Below are positions 39,368-50,044 of a stretch of 64,000 bases of DNA, piece by piece. Source of the DNA: Clostridia bacterium (GTDB taxonomy: Bacteria > Bacillota > Clostridia > JAAYHZ01); the NCBI GenBank assembly GCA_050950825.1, contig JBMNIH010000006.1, positions 274,144 to 338,143 on the forward strand, in the 5' to 3' direction. The stretch's first letter is position 1. The number at the start of each line of letters is the position of its first letter. The translations under genes and the position numbers were made by a program. The notes under the pieces were generated by a model. The model saw only the letters and a program-made list of their open reading frames with translations. It was not told where the DNA came from and did not search any database.

Positions 39368-39373
39368 TTTTTT

Positions 39374-39973
39374 CTACTCTCCGTTTTGATTTTTAATGCC
39401 GTTCCAAAAAACACCGAAAATTCGGTTGCTCATTTCTTCGTCGATGTCCAACTGTCCGGATTGGAAGTAATTTTGAATGTATTTGACGGGTCCTAACAGA
39501 TAGGAAAGAATGACATTGTAGGGCAAATCGGCGATTATTCCGCTTTTGATTCCCTCCTCCACAATGCTTTCCATTCGGTTGAAAATACCGGAATGGGATT
39601 CAATGACTTCGGGAGATATGTACTTTTCTATTCCCGGCTGGCAGATAAAATTCGCCTGAAGAGGGTTGTTGATGCAGTAGCTATAATACCCCATCCAGAA
39701 GCAATAGATCTTTTCTTCTACGGTTTTGGCGGATTCGATGCCCAAAGCGATATACCGTGATATTTCCGTCATAATATCGGAATAGATGGAATCCATCAAT
39801 CCCTGCTTGCTTCCGAAATAGAAATAAATGGTGCCTACCGCTACACCGGATTCTTTTGAAATCAAAGAAACCGGGATATTGCCCAACCCGTTTTCGGCAA
39901 CCAATTTGTACACCGTGAAGGTAATGATTTCTTTCTTGTCCGTTTTAATCCCGTCCTTTGCCCGGTTATTCAA
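39374..39973 (-). CDS. TetR/AcrR family regulator
   Basis: HTH ISKESGVAVGTIYFYFGSKQGL. Confidence 0.88.
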   Translation of the reverse strand: MNNRAKDGIKTDKKEIITFTVYKLVAENGLGNIPVSLISKESGVAVGTIYFYFGSKQGLMDSIYSDIMTEISRYIALGIESAKTVEEKIYCFWMGYYSYCINNPLQANFICQPGIEKYISPEVIESHSGIFNRMESIVEEGIKSGIIADLPYNVILSYLLGPVKYIQNYFQSGQLDIDEEMSNRIFGVFWNGIKNQNGE

Positions 39974-40004
39974 AAAAACGATATCCGAACCTTTGACATC
40001 GCCT

Positions 40005-41144
40005 TTACCATTCTACACTATGTCCATCGGGGATTTCAACCGCTTTCCCTTCGGGTTGGATCAACCGCTGGTGCAGGGCAAGGTAATGGATGATCAACCG
40101 AAGAACCGTTTCGTTTAGGATATCATAGCTTATGTTCAAGCGCCAGCAAATGGTTTTTTCCCCGAAGCCGGTTTTCAATACGGAGGGAGACAAATCCCCT
40201 TTCATATATACATGCCGCATGCATGTTTCTCCGCGGCACGGGCAGCTGGCTTCGTAAAAGTTTTTTACGATAAAAGGAGGAGCGTCGCTTAGAAATGGAA
40301 CCAACCTGTTCGTGCTGACAAACATAAGAGAAAAACGCAGCATGGCTTTAAATCGTATATCGAAAATCGCTGTCAGCAAAGGCGTCCTCTTTATTTTATA
40401 ATGATAACAATGCACGACAAATTGAAAGCAATCCTTTTGCTCGCATTGAAAAGAATAGCCTAACGCTTTCATGTATCTTACAAGCCTTTTTACATTGCGG
40501 TATACGGGATCGTAATCAATCAGCCTGTCCAATACATATACAAAATTGGGGGTATAGCCTTTGTCCATGACCTCCCAATCGCAGCGGTAGAAATCGGAAA
40601 ATCCCTTATCCCCTTGGTGTTCATGGCAAAGGGTTGCCAAGATAGACAGTCCTTCGATCATTTTCGGAGCGTAACGATTGGATATTTCCACCTCACGTTC
40701 CATGATACGTATGTCGAATCCTAAACTAGAGGATAACATCGATAGCAGGATTCTTTTTCTTCTCTTATCGGACCGTAGGAATTCCTCCAGCAATTGGCGA
40801 TTCAAATATAGCGTGTTTCCAAAAAGCTTGCCTAGGTATCCTGCCCGGTAGAGGAACCGTAAAAAATCGTTGATCGTATGGTAAATCCGGTCCAAATCCT
40901 TTATGTAATTCTTTTTCGCTTCGGGAGTAAAGCATAATTCCATACAGGTATCCTGCTTTTTCGGAAAACCCAAAGCTTCCGGATGCTCGTATAACAGAAG
41001 ATAAAAGGACTTTAGAAAGTCATGAATTTCCATGTGGCAGGATAAATAGGCTCCTTCCACCGGTGCAAACGGCGGCTTTAATACCATTAAATAATAGGCA
41101 GCCACTCTTTGTCCTAAGCTGTCGTATTTCTCCTTAATATACAT
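40005..41144 (-). CDS. Hypothetical protein with C-terminal Cys cluster
   Basis: 379-aa ORF filling the gap between rsmI and TetR; CPCRGETC...IC. Confidence 0.6.
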   Translation of the reverse strand: MYIKEKYDSLGQRVAAYYLMVLKPPFAPVEGAYLSCHMEIHDFLKSFYLLLYEHPEALGFPKKQDTCMELCFTPEAKKNYIKDLDRIYHTINDFLRFLYRAGYLGKLFGNTLYLNRQLLEEFLRSDKRRKRILLSMLSSSLGFDIRIMEREVEISNRYAPKMIEGLSILATLCHEHQGDKGFSDFYRCDWEVMDKGYTPNFVYVLDRLIDYDPVYRNVKRLVRYMKALGYSFQCEQKDCFQFVVHCYHYKIKRTPLLTAIFDIRFKAMLRFSLMFVSTNRLVPFLSDAPPFIVKNFYEASCPCRGETCMRHVYMKGDLSPSVLKTGFGEKTICWRLNISYDILNETVLRLIIHYLALHQRLIQPEGKAVEIPDGHSVEW

Positions 41145-41167
41145 ATCCCATATACTCTCATGTTTTC

Positions 41168-42022
41168 TTAGAGCAAATTTTTCAAATTCAAAGAGGCTTT
41201 GTACAAATCGTTTTTACTTACATCTTCACGATTCTTGGTAAGAATACCGATCGCTTCCTTCAGGGTACACCGGTTTTTTATCATGGTATCCACAAGGAGC
41301 GCTTCCAAAGAAAAGGATTCCTCCTCTTCTTCCTTCGGCTTCCCGGACACGTCCACAATAACCGTATATTCTCCCAATTCGCTTTCGGGATCGTCTTTGA
41401 TACGATGATATATGTCAAGAATATTTCCCGCCAGTATTTTTTCGTGCAGTTTCGTTAAATCGCTGCATAGGCATACATTCGCCCAAGGAATTTTGGAAGC
41501 GAAGTATTCCGTTAATTCTACGATCCTTTTCGGCGATTCGTAAAACACATACAAGTGCTCGTCGCCTTGAATCATCCTTTGGACCAAGGCATCTTTCTTT
41601 TTGTTTTCTCTCGGGAAAAAACCTTTGAAAACAAAGGAAGACGTGTCCATGCCGCTGACCGATAAAGCCGTTATCACGGCGGAACAGCCCGGAACCGCCG
41701 TCACGACGATACCGTTCTCACGAGCGGCTTTCACGATTTCATAGCCCGGATCGGAGATGCAGGGAGTTCCCGCATCCGATACCAGTGCCACATCCAAATC
41801 TTCCTTTTGCATTCTTTCGATGATTTGCTCCGTTCTTTCCTTTTCGTTGAACTTGTGGTACGAAATCATCTTCGTTTTAATGTTGTAATGATTTAAAAGC
41901 TTTATGGTATGCCGGGTATCCTCGGCTAAAATTAACCGGCAATTTTCCAACACCTCCAGTTGCCTATAGGATACGTCCTTTAGGTTCCCGATGGGTGTTG
42001 CCACAACATACAGTGTCGACAT
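41168..42022 (-). CDS. rsmI: 16S rRNA C1402 2'-O-methyltransferase
   Basis: LYVVATPIGNL, AEDTR, VSDAGTPCISDPG, FYESP, LTKLHE. Confidence 0.95.
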   Translation of the reverse strand: MSTLYVVATPIGNLKDVSYRQLEVLENCRLILAEDTRHTIKLLNHYNIKTKMISYHKFNEKERTEQIIERMQKEDLDVALVSDAGTPCISDPGYEIVKAARENGIVVTAVPGCSAVITALSVSGMDTSSFVFKGFFPRENKKKDALVQRMIQGDEHLYVFYESPKRIVELTEYFASKIPWANVCLCSDLTKLHEKILAGNILDIYHRIKDDPESELGEYTVIVDVSGKPKEEEEESFSLEALLVDTMIKNRCTLKEAIGILTKNREDVSKNDLYKASLNLKNLL

Positions 42023-42051
42023 GGTTTGCTCTCTTTCTTTTTCTTTTTTCC

Positions 42052-43674
42052 TTATTCCTCGTAACGGATTTCACCGTCTAAAACCGTCATAACGGAATGA
42101 ATCTCAAGGATCTTTTCCTTCGGACATTCAAAGATGTCTTCGGAAAGACATACAAAGTCCGCCTTTTTCCCCGGTACAAGCTTCCCCTTGTCCTCGTGTC
42201 CGCTTCCTTGATAAGCGGCTTTTTCCGTATAGAATCGAACGGCCTTGTCAACATCCACTCTATGATGCTCACCCAAACACATGCCCTTTTCGTTGATCCT
42301 TGTGACCATATTGAATATCCCGATAAAAGGGTTGAAGGGGTTGATGGATTCGTTCGGATCGTGTTTGATCATGTGGTCCGACCCCGCCGCACAATGGATT
42401 CCGGATTCGTACAAAACGTCGTAAGGCAAGAAGGTATCGAAATCCTCTTCATCCAAGAAGGTGACCACCGCATGGGAGTCTTTGTAGAACCACGCCGGCT
42501 GGAATAACAACGCGGCTTTTAACTCTTTGATCCTTTTTAACGTATTCGAATCGGTGAAGTTTCCGTGGAGCAGCGCATGGCCTTCCGACAACCGGCCGTA
42601 TTCGGCCTTATAGGCTTCCAATACGTCCAAAAACAAATCCGCGGATTTGTTACCCGTCGCATGAACGCAGAATTTCATGTGGTTTTCTTCGCATATTTCC
42701 AAAGAACGATACAAAGGATCGAAATCCGTACTTAAATTACCGTGGTAATCCTCGAATTCGTACCCGAACAATTCCTTTACCCCGCGGTAAGGCTTTCTCA
42801 TGTAGGAGGTTCCCGTTAAGATTCCTCCGTCGATCAAGCGTTTTCCGTATAGGGGCTTGATAAAGTCTTCCCTGTATCCGGATGTCGCTTTTTTCAATTC
42901 TCCCAGCTCTTCCGGATGGTCCGGGTTCATGACAAAGGTCAAAACGGCACGAATATGTGGTTTTCCTTGTTCGACGGCTCGCCCTAAGCCTTCTACTCCC
43001 CCCAAAAAGGACATGGCTTCCGTCACCGACGTAATTCCGCATTTCAAGTATTCTTTTGACAATGCCGAAAAAGCGCGGTCCGTTTCCTCGTTGGTAACTT
43101 GCGCTTCCGGGATGAATTTTTGAAATACGTTCCGCAGTCCCAAAACCCTGCCCGTAGGTTTTCCCTGCTCGTCGCGTATAACGCCGAATCGATCCGATTC
43201 GTATAGCCCGGTTATTTTCAAAGCCCGGGTGTTGCCCGCTCCGGCATAATAGCCGTCGGCATACACCGGATGGTCCGGTGCGGCTTCGTCAAGTTCGTGT
43301 AAATAAGGGAACCTGCGTTCTTCGATTCTCGTTGGATAAATATTCGGCAGATAGATCCATTGTCCTTTTTCCCGTTCTTTTGCTTTGGCCTTAATGTATT
43401 CCAATAACTCCTTTACGGATTTCGGTACGAACTGTATGGATTTCGCTTCGCTTAACGCGGCTCTCGTAAAATGGCTGTGGGTGTCAATTAATCCGGGAAT
43501 CACCCTTCTTCCCTTTAAATCGATTCTTTCGCTGCCGGGATTAGCAAAGCTTTCCGCCTCGGAGGTTTTGCCTACAAATTTTATAATTCCGCCTTCCGTC
43601 ACCATGGCTTCGACACAGGATGAATCTTTGTCCATGCAACTGATTTTACCGTTATAGAAGATTTTACGGTTCAT
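42052..43674 (-). CDS. Amidohydrolase-3 family (YtcJ/NfdA-like)
   Basis: DLKGRRVIPGLIDTHSH, VHATG, GSDH, GKLVPGKKADF. Confidence 0.88.
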   Translation of the reverse strand: MNRKIFYNGKISCMDKDSSCVEAMVTEGGIIKFVGKTSEAESFANPGSERIDLKGRRVIPGLIDTHSHFTRAALSEAKSIQFVPKSVKELLEYIKAKAKEREKGQWIYLPNIYPTRIEERRFPYLHELDEAAPDHPVYADGYYAGAGNTRALKITGLYESDRFGVIRDEQGKPTGRVLGLRNVFQKFIPEAQVTNEETDRAFSALSKEYLKCGITSVTEAMSFLGGVEGLGRAVEQGKPHIRAVLTFVMNPDHPEELGELKKATSGYREDFIKPLYGKRLIDGGILTGTSYMRKPYRGVKELFGYEFEDYHGNLSTDFDPLYRSLEICEENHMKFCVHATGNKSADLFLDVLEAYKAEYGRLSEGHALLHGNFTDSNTLKRIKELKAALLFQPAWFYKDSHAVVTFLDEEDFDTFLPYDVLYESGIHCAAGSDHMIKHDPNESINPFNPFIGIFNMVTRINEKGMCLGEHHRVDVDKAVRFYTEKAAYQGSGHEDKGKLVPGKKADFVCLSEDIFECPKEKILEIHSVMTVLDGEIRYEE

Positions 43675-43706
43675 CGTTCAAACTCCTTTTCTTTTTTCCT
43701 TCTCCA

Positions 43707-45857
43707 TTATACGTAAAGTTTTAGTTCCAAGCGGTTTTGCACTCCGTCCTTTGTCATAAACTCCCCTTCGATAACCGCTTCCGAAAGCCCTACAGTCAAT
43801 ACATACTTTTTCCCGATTGTATCATACACCGTCGCTCTCCTAACCGTCTTTTCGACCCTTTCGTAAACCGGAGGGTATTTTCGCAAATACTCTTCCGTTT
43901 GGTCTCGGTTTACTCCCGACAGAACCACGGCACCGTCGTCTAAAATCCATTCCCCGTCGTTGTATACCCGGACCCCTTGTTCGATACGAGTACAAAACTC
44001 TTCGCAGTACAAAAATCCGTCTTTATATAAACTGTTAAAAATGCCGATCTGTCTTTTCCGAGGCCGGAATATTCGAACGTCTCCTTCCATGGCAATCAAC
44101 GATAATTTGCCGTCAATATTTATGTAAGGACTGTTCGTTTCCATGACCCGGTCCGAAAGCCCTTGCTCTCGCCTTAACATAAACCGACCTTTCGAAGTCT
44201 CGCACAATCGTACATTCTCGTTAAAAATATCATTGGGAATACGAAGTAAGGTTCCTTTTACGCTCCTTACATATCTTTTTAAGTTTGAAGGTGCAAGCTG
44301 GACCGTAACGCATGTCCTTCCGTCCGGAAGAGCAATGAAAAGGTTTCGTACCTTCGCCACGGTCTCCATAGGAGGACTTCCTTCCTGCAAATCCTTGGTT
44401 ATGACATCGGAGCAGCCGAAGGTTGCAAAACCGTTATCAAACAAGGAGGTTTGATGGTCAATGACCTCCCGGAAATTCCGTAACCCGAGCCCTGAAATCT
44501 CGCCGCATAGGTTTTCCTTCCACTCCGCCATACCGCTTGCATCTTTCGGAAGAAAACACCCTTGGGGTCTTTCCCCCGCAATCCAAGTAAAGGAAGCGAC
44601 ATTTTCCTTCCCCTTTACGATGGTGGACCCGTGGTAAGAATCGTGCCAAGAAAAAGGCTCTTGTAAAACGTCTTGGATATCTTCAATGGAATCCAACACG
44701 GAAGCTTCTTTTAAAGCCATAGACAGCACCGCGGCTCGGTCCGATTCCAAGCGTGTGAAGTACAAGGGGGACGAGACCTTCAGCTCCGATGCTCGATCCG
44801 ATAAAAAGCATCCGTCCCCGTTATAGTCAAATTCCTTTTTCACCTGCAAAAGCCAATTCCAAAGCAGCTTTTTCGCGGAAGGGTCCTTTTCCAAATCGCA
44901 AACCAAAAGCAGCACGGGTACCAAATAGTCTTGGCAATAGCAGTACCGGACACGGGTATCTCCTCCGATACGATTCAATCGTCCGTCCGGGAACAGTAAA
45001 TGCTTTACCAAATTCCACAGCTTATATCCGTTAAAGTATACAAATTCCGGTATCGGTATGCCCAACGCTTTTAAGAAAAAATGGACCATGGCGATATTGG
45101 ACAAGCATATGACCATATACCCTACATTCATATACCCGTGGTGGTTCAATGCAAATGAATCGAAAAAGTTGGAGCCTATGTATCTTTCCCCTACGGTTTT
45201 TCCCAAAAAGACCCTTTTGTCCTCCGAATCCCCGTCCGTGGATATACCGTTTACGAAAAAGTCGCACGCCTTATCCTGTATCCGTTGTTGTTCTTCGCCT
45301 TCGGCAAACATATATGCGGCGGTCAACAGATGAGCGCCGTTCCAAATGTTGCTCTCCGGCATGTTCTTTAGGCTTTGGGCAAGCTTTCCCGCTTTGATTT
45401 CGTAATCGAGAAGGTACTCGGCTTCGGAAAGCATCATTTTTCGAAACGCATGCTTGTCCTCGTCTGTCATATAATCCCACAGACATAAAACACCGTGAAT
45501 CATGCGGCTGATTCCCAATGTACTGATCCAAGTATGCCCCCATTTCGTGCCGTCCGTGCACCGGCCTTCTCCCGTCAGATGGCTGTACAGATTAAACCGC
45601 AGCATCCCCAAAGCACGAAGGATATATTCTCGGTTGTTCAAATAGGTACCGGCAACGGCAAAAGCGCCGATGGCTTTTTGGAGCGTTTGAACGCCCCAGC
45701 TGTTGTATCCGGTACCGTAAACGAGCAAGCTTTCTTTACCGGGAAGGGCATCGATGTCTTTTGTCGCTTCCTTACACCACCCGTCCAGCATCCTTGCACA
45801 CAATTCGGATACGGGGTTCTCGGTAAAAACCGGCTTTTTTATCGAAGCAAAATCCAT
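43707..45857 (-). CDS. Hypothetical cytoplasmic protein, possibly lyase-like
   Basis: Long ORF, ATG 45857 behind GAGGAGG; ESNIWNG, NHHGYMNVGY, PDGRLNRIGGD motifs. Confidence 0.55.
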   Translation of the reverse strand: MDFASIKKPVFTENPVSELCARMLDGWCKEATKDIDALPGKESLLVYGTGYNSWGVQTLQKAIGAFAVAGTYLNNREYILRALGMLRFNLYSHLTGEGRCTDGTKWGHTWISTLGISRMIHGVLCLWDYMTDEDKHAFRKMMLSEAEYLLDYEIKAGKLAQSLKNMPESNIWNGAHLLTAAYMFAEGEEQQRIQDKACDFFVNGISTDGDSEDKRVFLGKTVGERYIGSNFFDSFALNHHGYMNVGYMVICLSNIAMVHFFLKALGIPIPEFVYFNGYKLWNLVKHLLFPDGRLNRIGGDTRVRYCYCQDYLVPVLLLVCDLEKDPSAKKLLWNWLLQVKKEFDYNGDGCFLSDRASELKVSSPLYFTRLESDRAAVLSMALKEASVLDSIEDIQDVLQEPFSWHDSYHGSTIVKGKENVASFTWIAGERPQGCFLPKDASGMAEWKENLCGEISGLGLRNFREVIDHQTSLFDNGFATFGCSDVITKDLQEGSPPMETVAKVRNLFIALPDGRTCVTVQLAPSNLKRYVRSVKGTLLRIPNDIFNENVRLCETSKGRFMLRREQGLSDRVMETNSPYINIDGKLSLIAMEGDVRIFRPRKRQIGIFNSLYKDGFLYCEEFCTRIEQGVRVYNDGEWILDDGAVVLSGVNRDQTEEYLRKYPPVYERVEKTVRRATVYDTIGKKYVLTVGLSEAVIEGEFMTKDGVQNRLELKLYV

Positions 45858-45880
45858 CCTGTACCTCCTCGACATTCTTT

Positions 45881-46927
45881 TTATTTACCCCAAATTTCCG
45901 AACGATCCTTGCATTCTTGGATAATGCGCATGACTTCGCGGGTTTCACGTACATCGACAAAGGGTTTTTGATCCAAAGCGAAGTATTCGTAACACTTGTC
46001 GTAGTAGTCCACTTCCATGTCCTTTGTCAGTTGGATTTGCTTTTCCTGCCAAGGAGGCTCGCCGATTAAATCGTATTTTCTGCCGGCAGCCGCCAAGGAT
46101 TCGTCGATGGAAAACTCCTTTCGTATTTCGGGATCGAAGTATTTTATGTAAAGCACGTTCTTTTCCAGCCACAGGGTTCCGCAGTCCCCGTAAACGATTA
46201 AGGGTCGATTGCTCACGGCGGCAGCGCAATTGATATCCAAATCCAAAATGGTGTTGTTATCCGATACCATGGTGAGCTTCACCACGTCATCCGCATCTCC
46301 TACCGACGCGATTCGCCTTAAATGACAGCTGATATCCACGGCCTTTTTGCTGTTGCTTAAATACAAAAGCAAATCGATAAAATGAGCGCCGTAATTGTTC
46401 ACCATTCCGCCGCCGTATTTTTTCATGGACTGCCAGTCGCTTCGGAACCGAAACAATGAGGTTTCGTGCTTGATCATGTAAATGTTGCCTAACAAGCCCG
46501 AGTCTATAATCTCTTTCGCCTTTACGGTATGGGCGAATTTACGGTGAGGTTGGTACACCATCAGCTTTCGGCCGTGCTTATGCATTAATTCGATCATACG
46601 ATCCGCTTCCGCCAGATCAACGGCCATGGGTTTTTCCAAGAAAACATCCACACCGGCTTCGAAGGCTTTTTTCACCTGTTCAAAATGAAAGCCGGTGGGC
46701 GATGCGATGACCACCAGGTCCAATTCTTCTTCGTCGATCATGCGGTTAAAATCCTTGTAGCATCGAATATGAGGAGCCTTGCTTTTCGCTTCGGCCAATC
46801 TTTCATCCTGCATGTCCGTTACGGCCAAAAAATCAAATCCCTCTTTCTCCAAAAGCTGAGGAAAATGAAAGGGCCATCCTACTCTTCCCAATCCCACAAG
46901 ACCGGATCTTAATTTTTTCATAGTCAA
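45881..46927 (-). CDS. Gfo/Idh/MocA family oxidoreductase
   Basis: GLVGLGRVG, EKPMA, GGGMVNNYGAHFID. Confidence 0.92.
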   Translation of the reverse strand: MTMKKLRSGLVGLGRVGWPFHFPQLLEKEGFDFLAVTDMQDERLAEAKSKAPHIRCYKDFNRMIDEEELDLVVIASPTGFHFEQVKKAFEAGVDVFLEKPMAVDLAEADRMIELMHKHGRKLMVYQPHRKFAHTVKAKEIIDSGLLGNIYMIKHETSLFRFRSDWQSMKKYGGGMVNNYGAHFIDLLLYLSNSKKAVDISCHLRRIASVGDADDVVKLTMVSDNNTILDLDINCAAAVSNRPLIVYGDCGTLWLEKNVLYIKYFDPEIRKEFSIDESLAAAGRKYDLIGEPPWQEKQIQLTKDMEVDYYDKCYEYFALDQKPFVDVRETREVMRIIQECKDRSEIWGK

Positions 46928-46968
46928 TCAATCCTTTCCATGTCTTTTCTTTTATCGAAATACATATG

Positions 46969-48714
46969 TTAATCCTTAATTTTTACCGCGGTATACAGGT
47001 AAATGTTTTCCACATCGACGGTGCCGTCGGAAGACAAACGGCACAACGCACTTTGGATAAAGTAGCGTATTTCAAAGCTTTCATTCATGTCCTCAAAGAT
47101 CAAAAGAGCGCTCGGCAATTCCACCGAGTGTTGAATGGAATCCGTTCCGTCTTTCATCTCCTTCTCCAAGACCTTAACGATATATTCCGCCAAATCCTTT
47201 CGGTAAACCTCGCTTCCTTCCTTTTGAATAACGAAATCGGTTTTTTGTATCTGCGCCTTGTAAGAAACGCCGCTTTTGGATTCTAAGGTAAACTCTTGGG
47301 CGTACATACCCAACAAATAGTCGTAGCCTTGTATATCCAAAACGGGAGTGTCGATGCCGGTGACGTTAATGTATCGGTAGGAAGGGTCGTAGGGTCCGGT
47401 ATCGACTTGAAACAAGGATCGCAAGGCTTTCTTGTCCGTCCCTTTGGGCAAATTCAAGCTTTCAAGAGAGTGATTTTGTTCAAAATACCATAAAATGCTT
47501 TGGACCTGCATCCGGTCTTGATCCTCCATTGTATCGGGGTTAAAGGTATCGATTCGGGATAAAAATTCATATTTTTCCTCCAGCATACGAAACCGGTTAT
47601 TCTGGCTTCGGACGGACACGGCGTATGCGGAAAAAGGACTCATAACCGAAACGAAGCAAAGGACTACAAAGGCCGCCAAAACGCCTCGATTCACCCTTTC
47701 TCGATTTTTAAACAAGAACAGGCACATGGATAAAAAGACCCACGCCCCGGCGATGACCGTAAAGTATCTCGGTTCCGTGAATCCGTATGCACGGATTCGT
47801 ATTCCTAAGGAAATGAACATCATAACCAAAGGTACCAAAATTACATACGGAAAGTACCCGTAAAACAACCGGGTAATTTTCCTGTCTTCGGCAAAAGGCT
47901 TTAAGAAAAACATAACGGCGGCGCTTACAAGCCCGTACCATAATACCAAATGTCCCAATATGCCCTCCGGCCATTGAAAGGTAATCAAAAGACGAATAAA
48001 ATAAAGGTACAAAACGGCCGTATAAGCTAAAATCACGGGAATGAGAATGTAGGATAGCATGGTTGTGATAAAGGGAGGAATTTCGTATGCAGGGTCCTGT
48101 TTTTCTTTCGGCAAACCGTAGAAAAAGTAGGCGGAGGTTATATAGCATACGACAACGATCAAGATGTCAAAGTAAGCACGATTCCAAAGCTCCATATCCA
48201 TAAGCTCGCTGAAGGCAAAAAAAGTAAAGAATATCCCGCCCCATAGAACCAACGTATAAATGCCGGCGAAAAAAAGTCTTTGCAAAATATACAGCGTATA
48301 TTTTGCATGATCAATTTTCCATTTTTCACAATGAAAGAGAATATATGCGGCCAGGAAAACAAAGAACAAGCCGACCAAACGGGTCATGGGCTTCATGGAA
48401 AAATCGGGAAGCCCGAAGAAATAGTAGAGAATCAAAAAAACGGCCGTAGCAAGCCACGGAAGGAGAGATAAGTCTTTTTTACGAAAAGAATACGCAATCC
48501 GGTCCGCCAACACGGATAACGGTACGCCTAAAACACAAACCCATAGGATTCTTTCCAAGCTTCGAGAAAGCTCGTTATCCAAATCACGCCGATTTAACAC
48601 AAGTGACAGAACACCGATGATACCGAATAAAATCATGGCAAAAGGCGCGTTGAAAAAAGCGGTTTTGTATCCCGTTACGGCTCCTTTTAATCGTTCCTTC
48701 ACATTGATTTTCAT
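46969..48714 (-). CDS. DUF4153-like multi-pass membrane protein
   Basis: Many TM helices; RIRAYGFTEPRY motif; SPFSAYAVSVRSQ. Confidence 0.72.
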   Translation of the reverse strand: MKINVKERLKGAVTGYKTAFFNAPFAMILFGIIGVLSLVLNRRDLDNELSRSLERILWVCVLGVPLSVLADRIAYSFRKKDLSLLPWLATAVFLILYYFFGLPDFSMKPMTRLVGLFFVFLAAYILFHCEKWKIDHAKYTLYILQRLFFAGIYTLVLWGGIFFTFFAFSELMDMELWNRAYFDILIVVVCYITSAYFFYGLPKEKQDPAYEIPPFITTMLSYILIPVILAYTAVLYLYFIRLLITFQWPEGILGHLVLWYGLVSAAVMFFLKPFAEDRKITRLFYGYFPYVILVPLVMMFISLGIRIRAYGFTEPRYFTVIAGAWVFLSMCLFLFKNRERVNRGVLAAFVVLCFVSVMSPFSAYAVSVRSQNNRFRMLEEKYEFLSRIDTFNPDTMEDQDRMQVQSILWYFEQNHSLESLNLPKGTDKKALRSLFQVDTGPYDPSYRYINVTGIDTPVLDIQGYDYLLGMYAQEFTLESKSGVSYKAQIQKTDFVIQKEGSEVYRKDLAEYIVKVLEKEMKDGTDSIQHSVELPSALLIFEDMNESFEIRYFIQSALCRLSSDGTVDVENIYLYTAVKIKD

Positions 48715-48808
48715 GAAAGCCTCTCCTTGCCATTTCACGTACTTTTGCTTATTATGCTCGCTTTTTGCTTATTATATCATACGGGTCGGCAACGCGATTC
48801 CGTAAATT

Positions 48809-49960
48809 TTACAAATTCTCGCTGCTTATCGCTTCTTTACGGCATTCCCGGAAGTACGAAAGACATGCGATCATGGCCAAGGCCAGATTGATTAAAAATA
48901 CGCCTCTGCTTCCGAACTCGGCATCTAAAATTCCTCCCAATGCGCTTCCTACGATGCTCGATATCCCGAAAACCACCAGTGCGTTTAAGGATTGCCCCGT
49001 AGCTTTCAGATCGGCCGGAACCTTTTTACTGATATTTACCGACAGCGTGTAGCTGAAAACGATAAAGGTCAGTCCGTGAAGCACTTGAAGAACGGCCAGG
49101 ACCCAAGGGTTCTGAACGAAAGCAAAGAACAGCCAACGAAGCCCGGTCACAAATCCTGCTGCCAGTAAGGTCATTTCCGGTCCGAGCTTATCGATAATCT
49201 TTTTGGCGAACCATAAAAACGGAATCCCGCTTAAGGAAGCGATCATGGTGGCAACGCCGATCAACGTGTTGTCGGCACCCAGATTCCGCATATGGATATA
49301 CGCAAAGCTGTAGTAATAGCCCATGGTAACCTGAATTACAAAAGCAAATAGAATCATTTTCATTAAGCTTTTATATTGAAAAAGAACGGTAACCGGCTGT
49401 TTTTGGTCCTTTTTTCTGTGACCCTCGATTTTAGGTATGAAGAACATAACCAAAAACGCAAGGCCGGATGCCACCGCATACAGGTAGAAGATATTCGACC
49501 CGTTTCCCTTGGACAAAATCCCCGCCAAAATCGCCATGGCGGAATAACCGATGGATCCTGCGATTCTTACGGGGCCGAAAGACAAGTTCCGTTCATTTAA
49601 GTATTCCAAAGCAATGGCATCGGTAATAACCGGGGCGGACGTTCGAAAAAACATAAAAACAACGAAGCAGATGATAAGGTAATAAAAGGACCTTGACAAA
49701 GGAAACAAAAGCACCGTCAGCGCACTGAAAACAAACATAACCATAACGGCGGTGTTTTTGTATTTGGCTCTGTCGCTTGCAATTCCCCAAAAAGGCTGGG
49801 CAAATATGTTTATAAACGGGCCGATGGACAAAAGAATTCCGATTTGTTCGGAAGGAATATCCAGACCGTCCAAATACACGGGAAAAAAAGTAGAGTATAT
49901 GACGTTGAGCATATACACGAGAAAGTAAAGTACAAAAAACGGAAAAGGAGTTTTTTTCAT
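48809..49960 (-). CDS. MFS transporter (MFS_1-like, NupG/HcaT-like)
   Basis: QPFWGIASDR, FGPVRIAGSIG, ~12 TM helices; start set at ATG 49960. Confidence 0.88.
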   Translation of the reverse strand: MKKTPFPFFVLYFLVYMLNVIYSTFFPVYLDGLDIPSEQIGILLSIGPFINIFAQPFWGIASDRAKYKNTAVMVMFVFSALTVLLFPLSRSFYYLIICFVVFMFFRTSAPVITDAIALEYLNERNLSFGPVRIAGSIGYSAMAILAGILSKGNGSNIFYLYAVASGLAFLVMFFIPKIEGHRKKDQKQPVTVLFQYKSLMKMILFAFVIQVTMGYYYSFAYIHMRNLGADNTLIGVATMIASLSGIPFLWFAKKIIDKLGPEMTLLAAGFVTGLRWLFFAFVQNPWVLAVLQVLHGLTFIVFSYTLSVNISKKVPADLKATGQSLNALVVFGISSIVGSALGGILDAEFGSRGVFLINLALAMIACLSYFRECRKEAISSENL

Positions 49961-50044
49961 AAAGCGTACCTTTTCATAAACAAGCACGAAAAGCATGGAA
50001 ACCAAAAGCTTTTCGTGCTTGTTTTCTCTTCAAATTTTGGCTAA

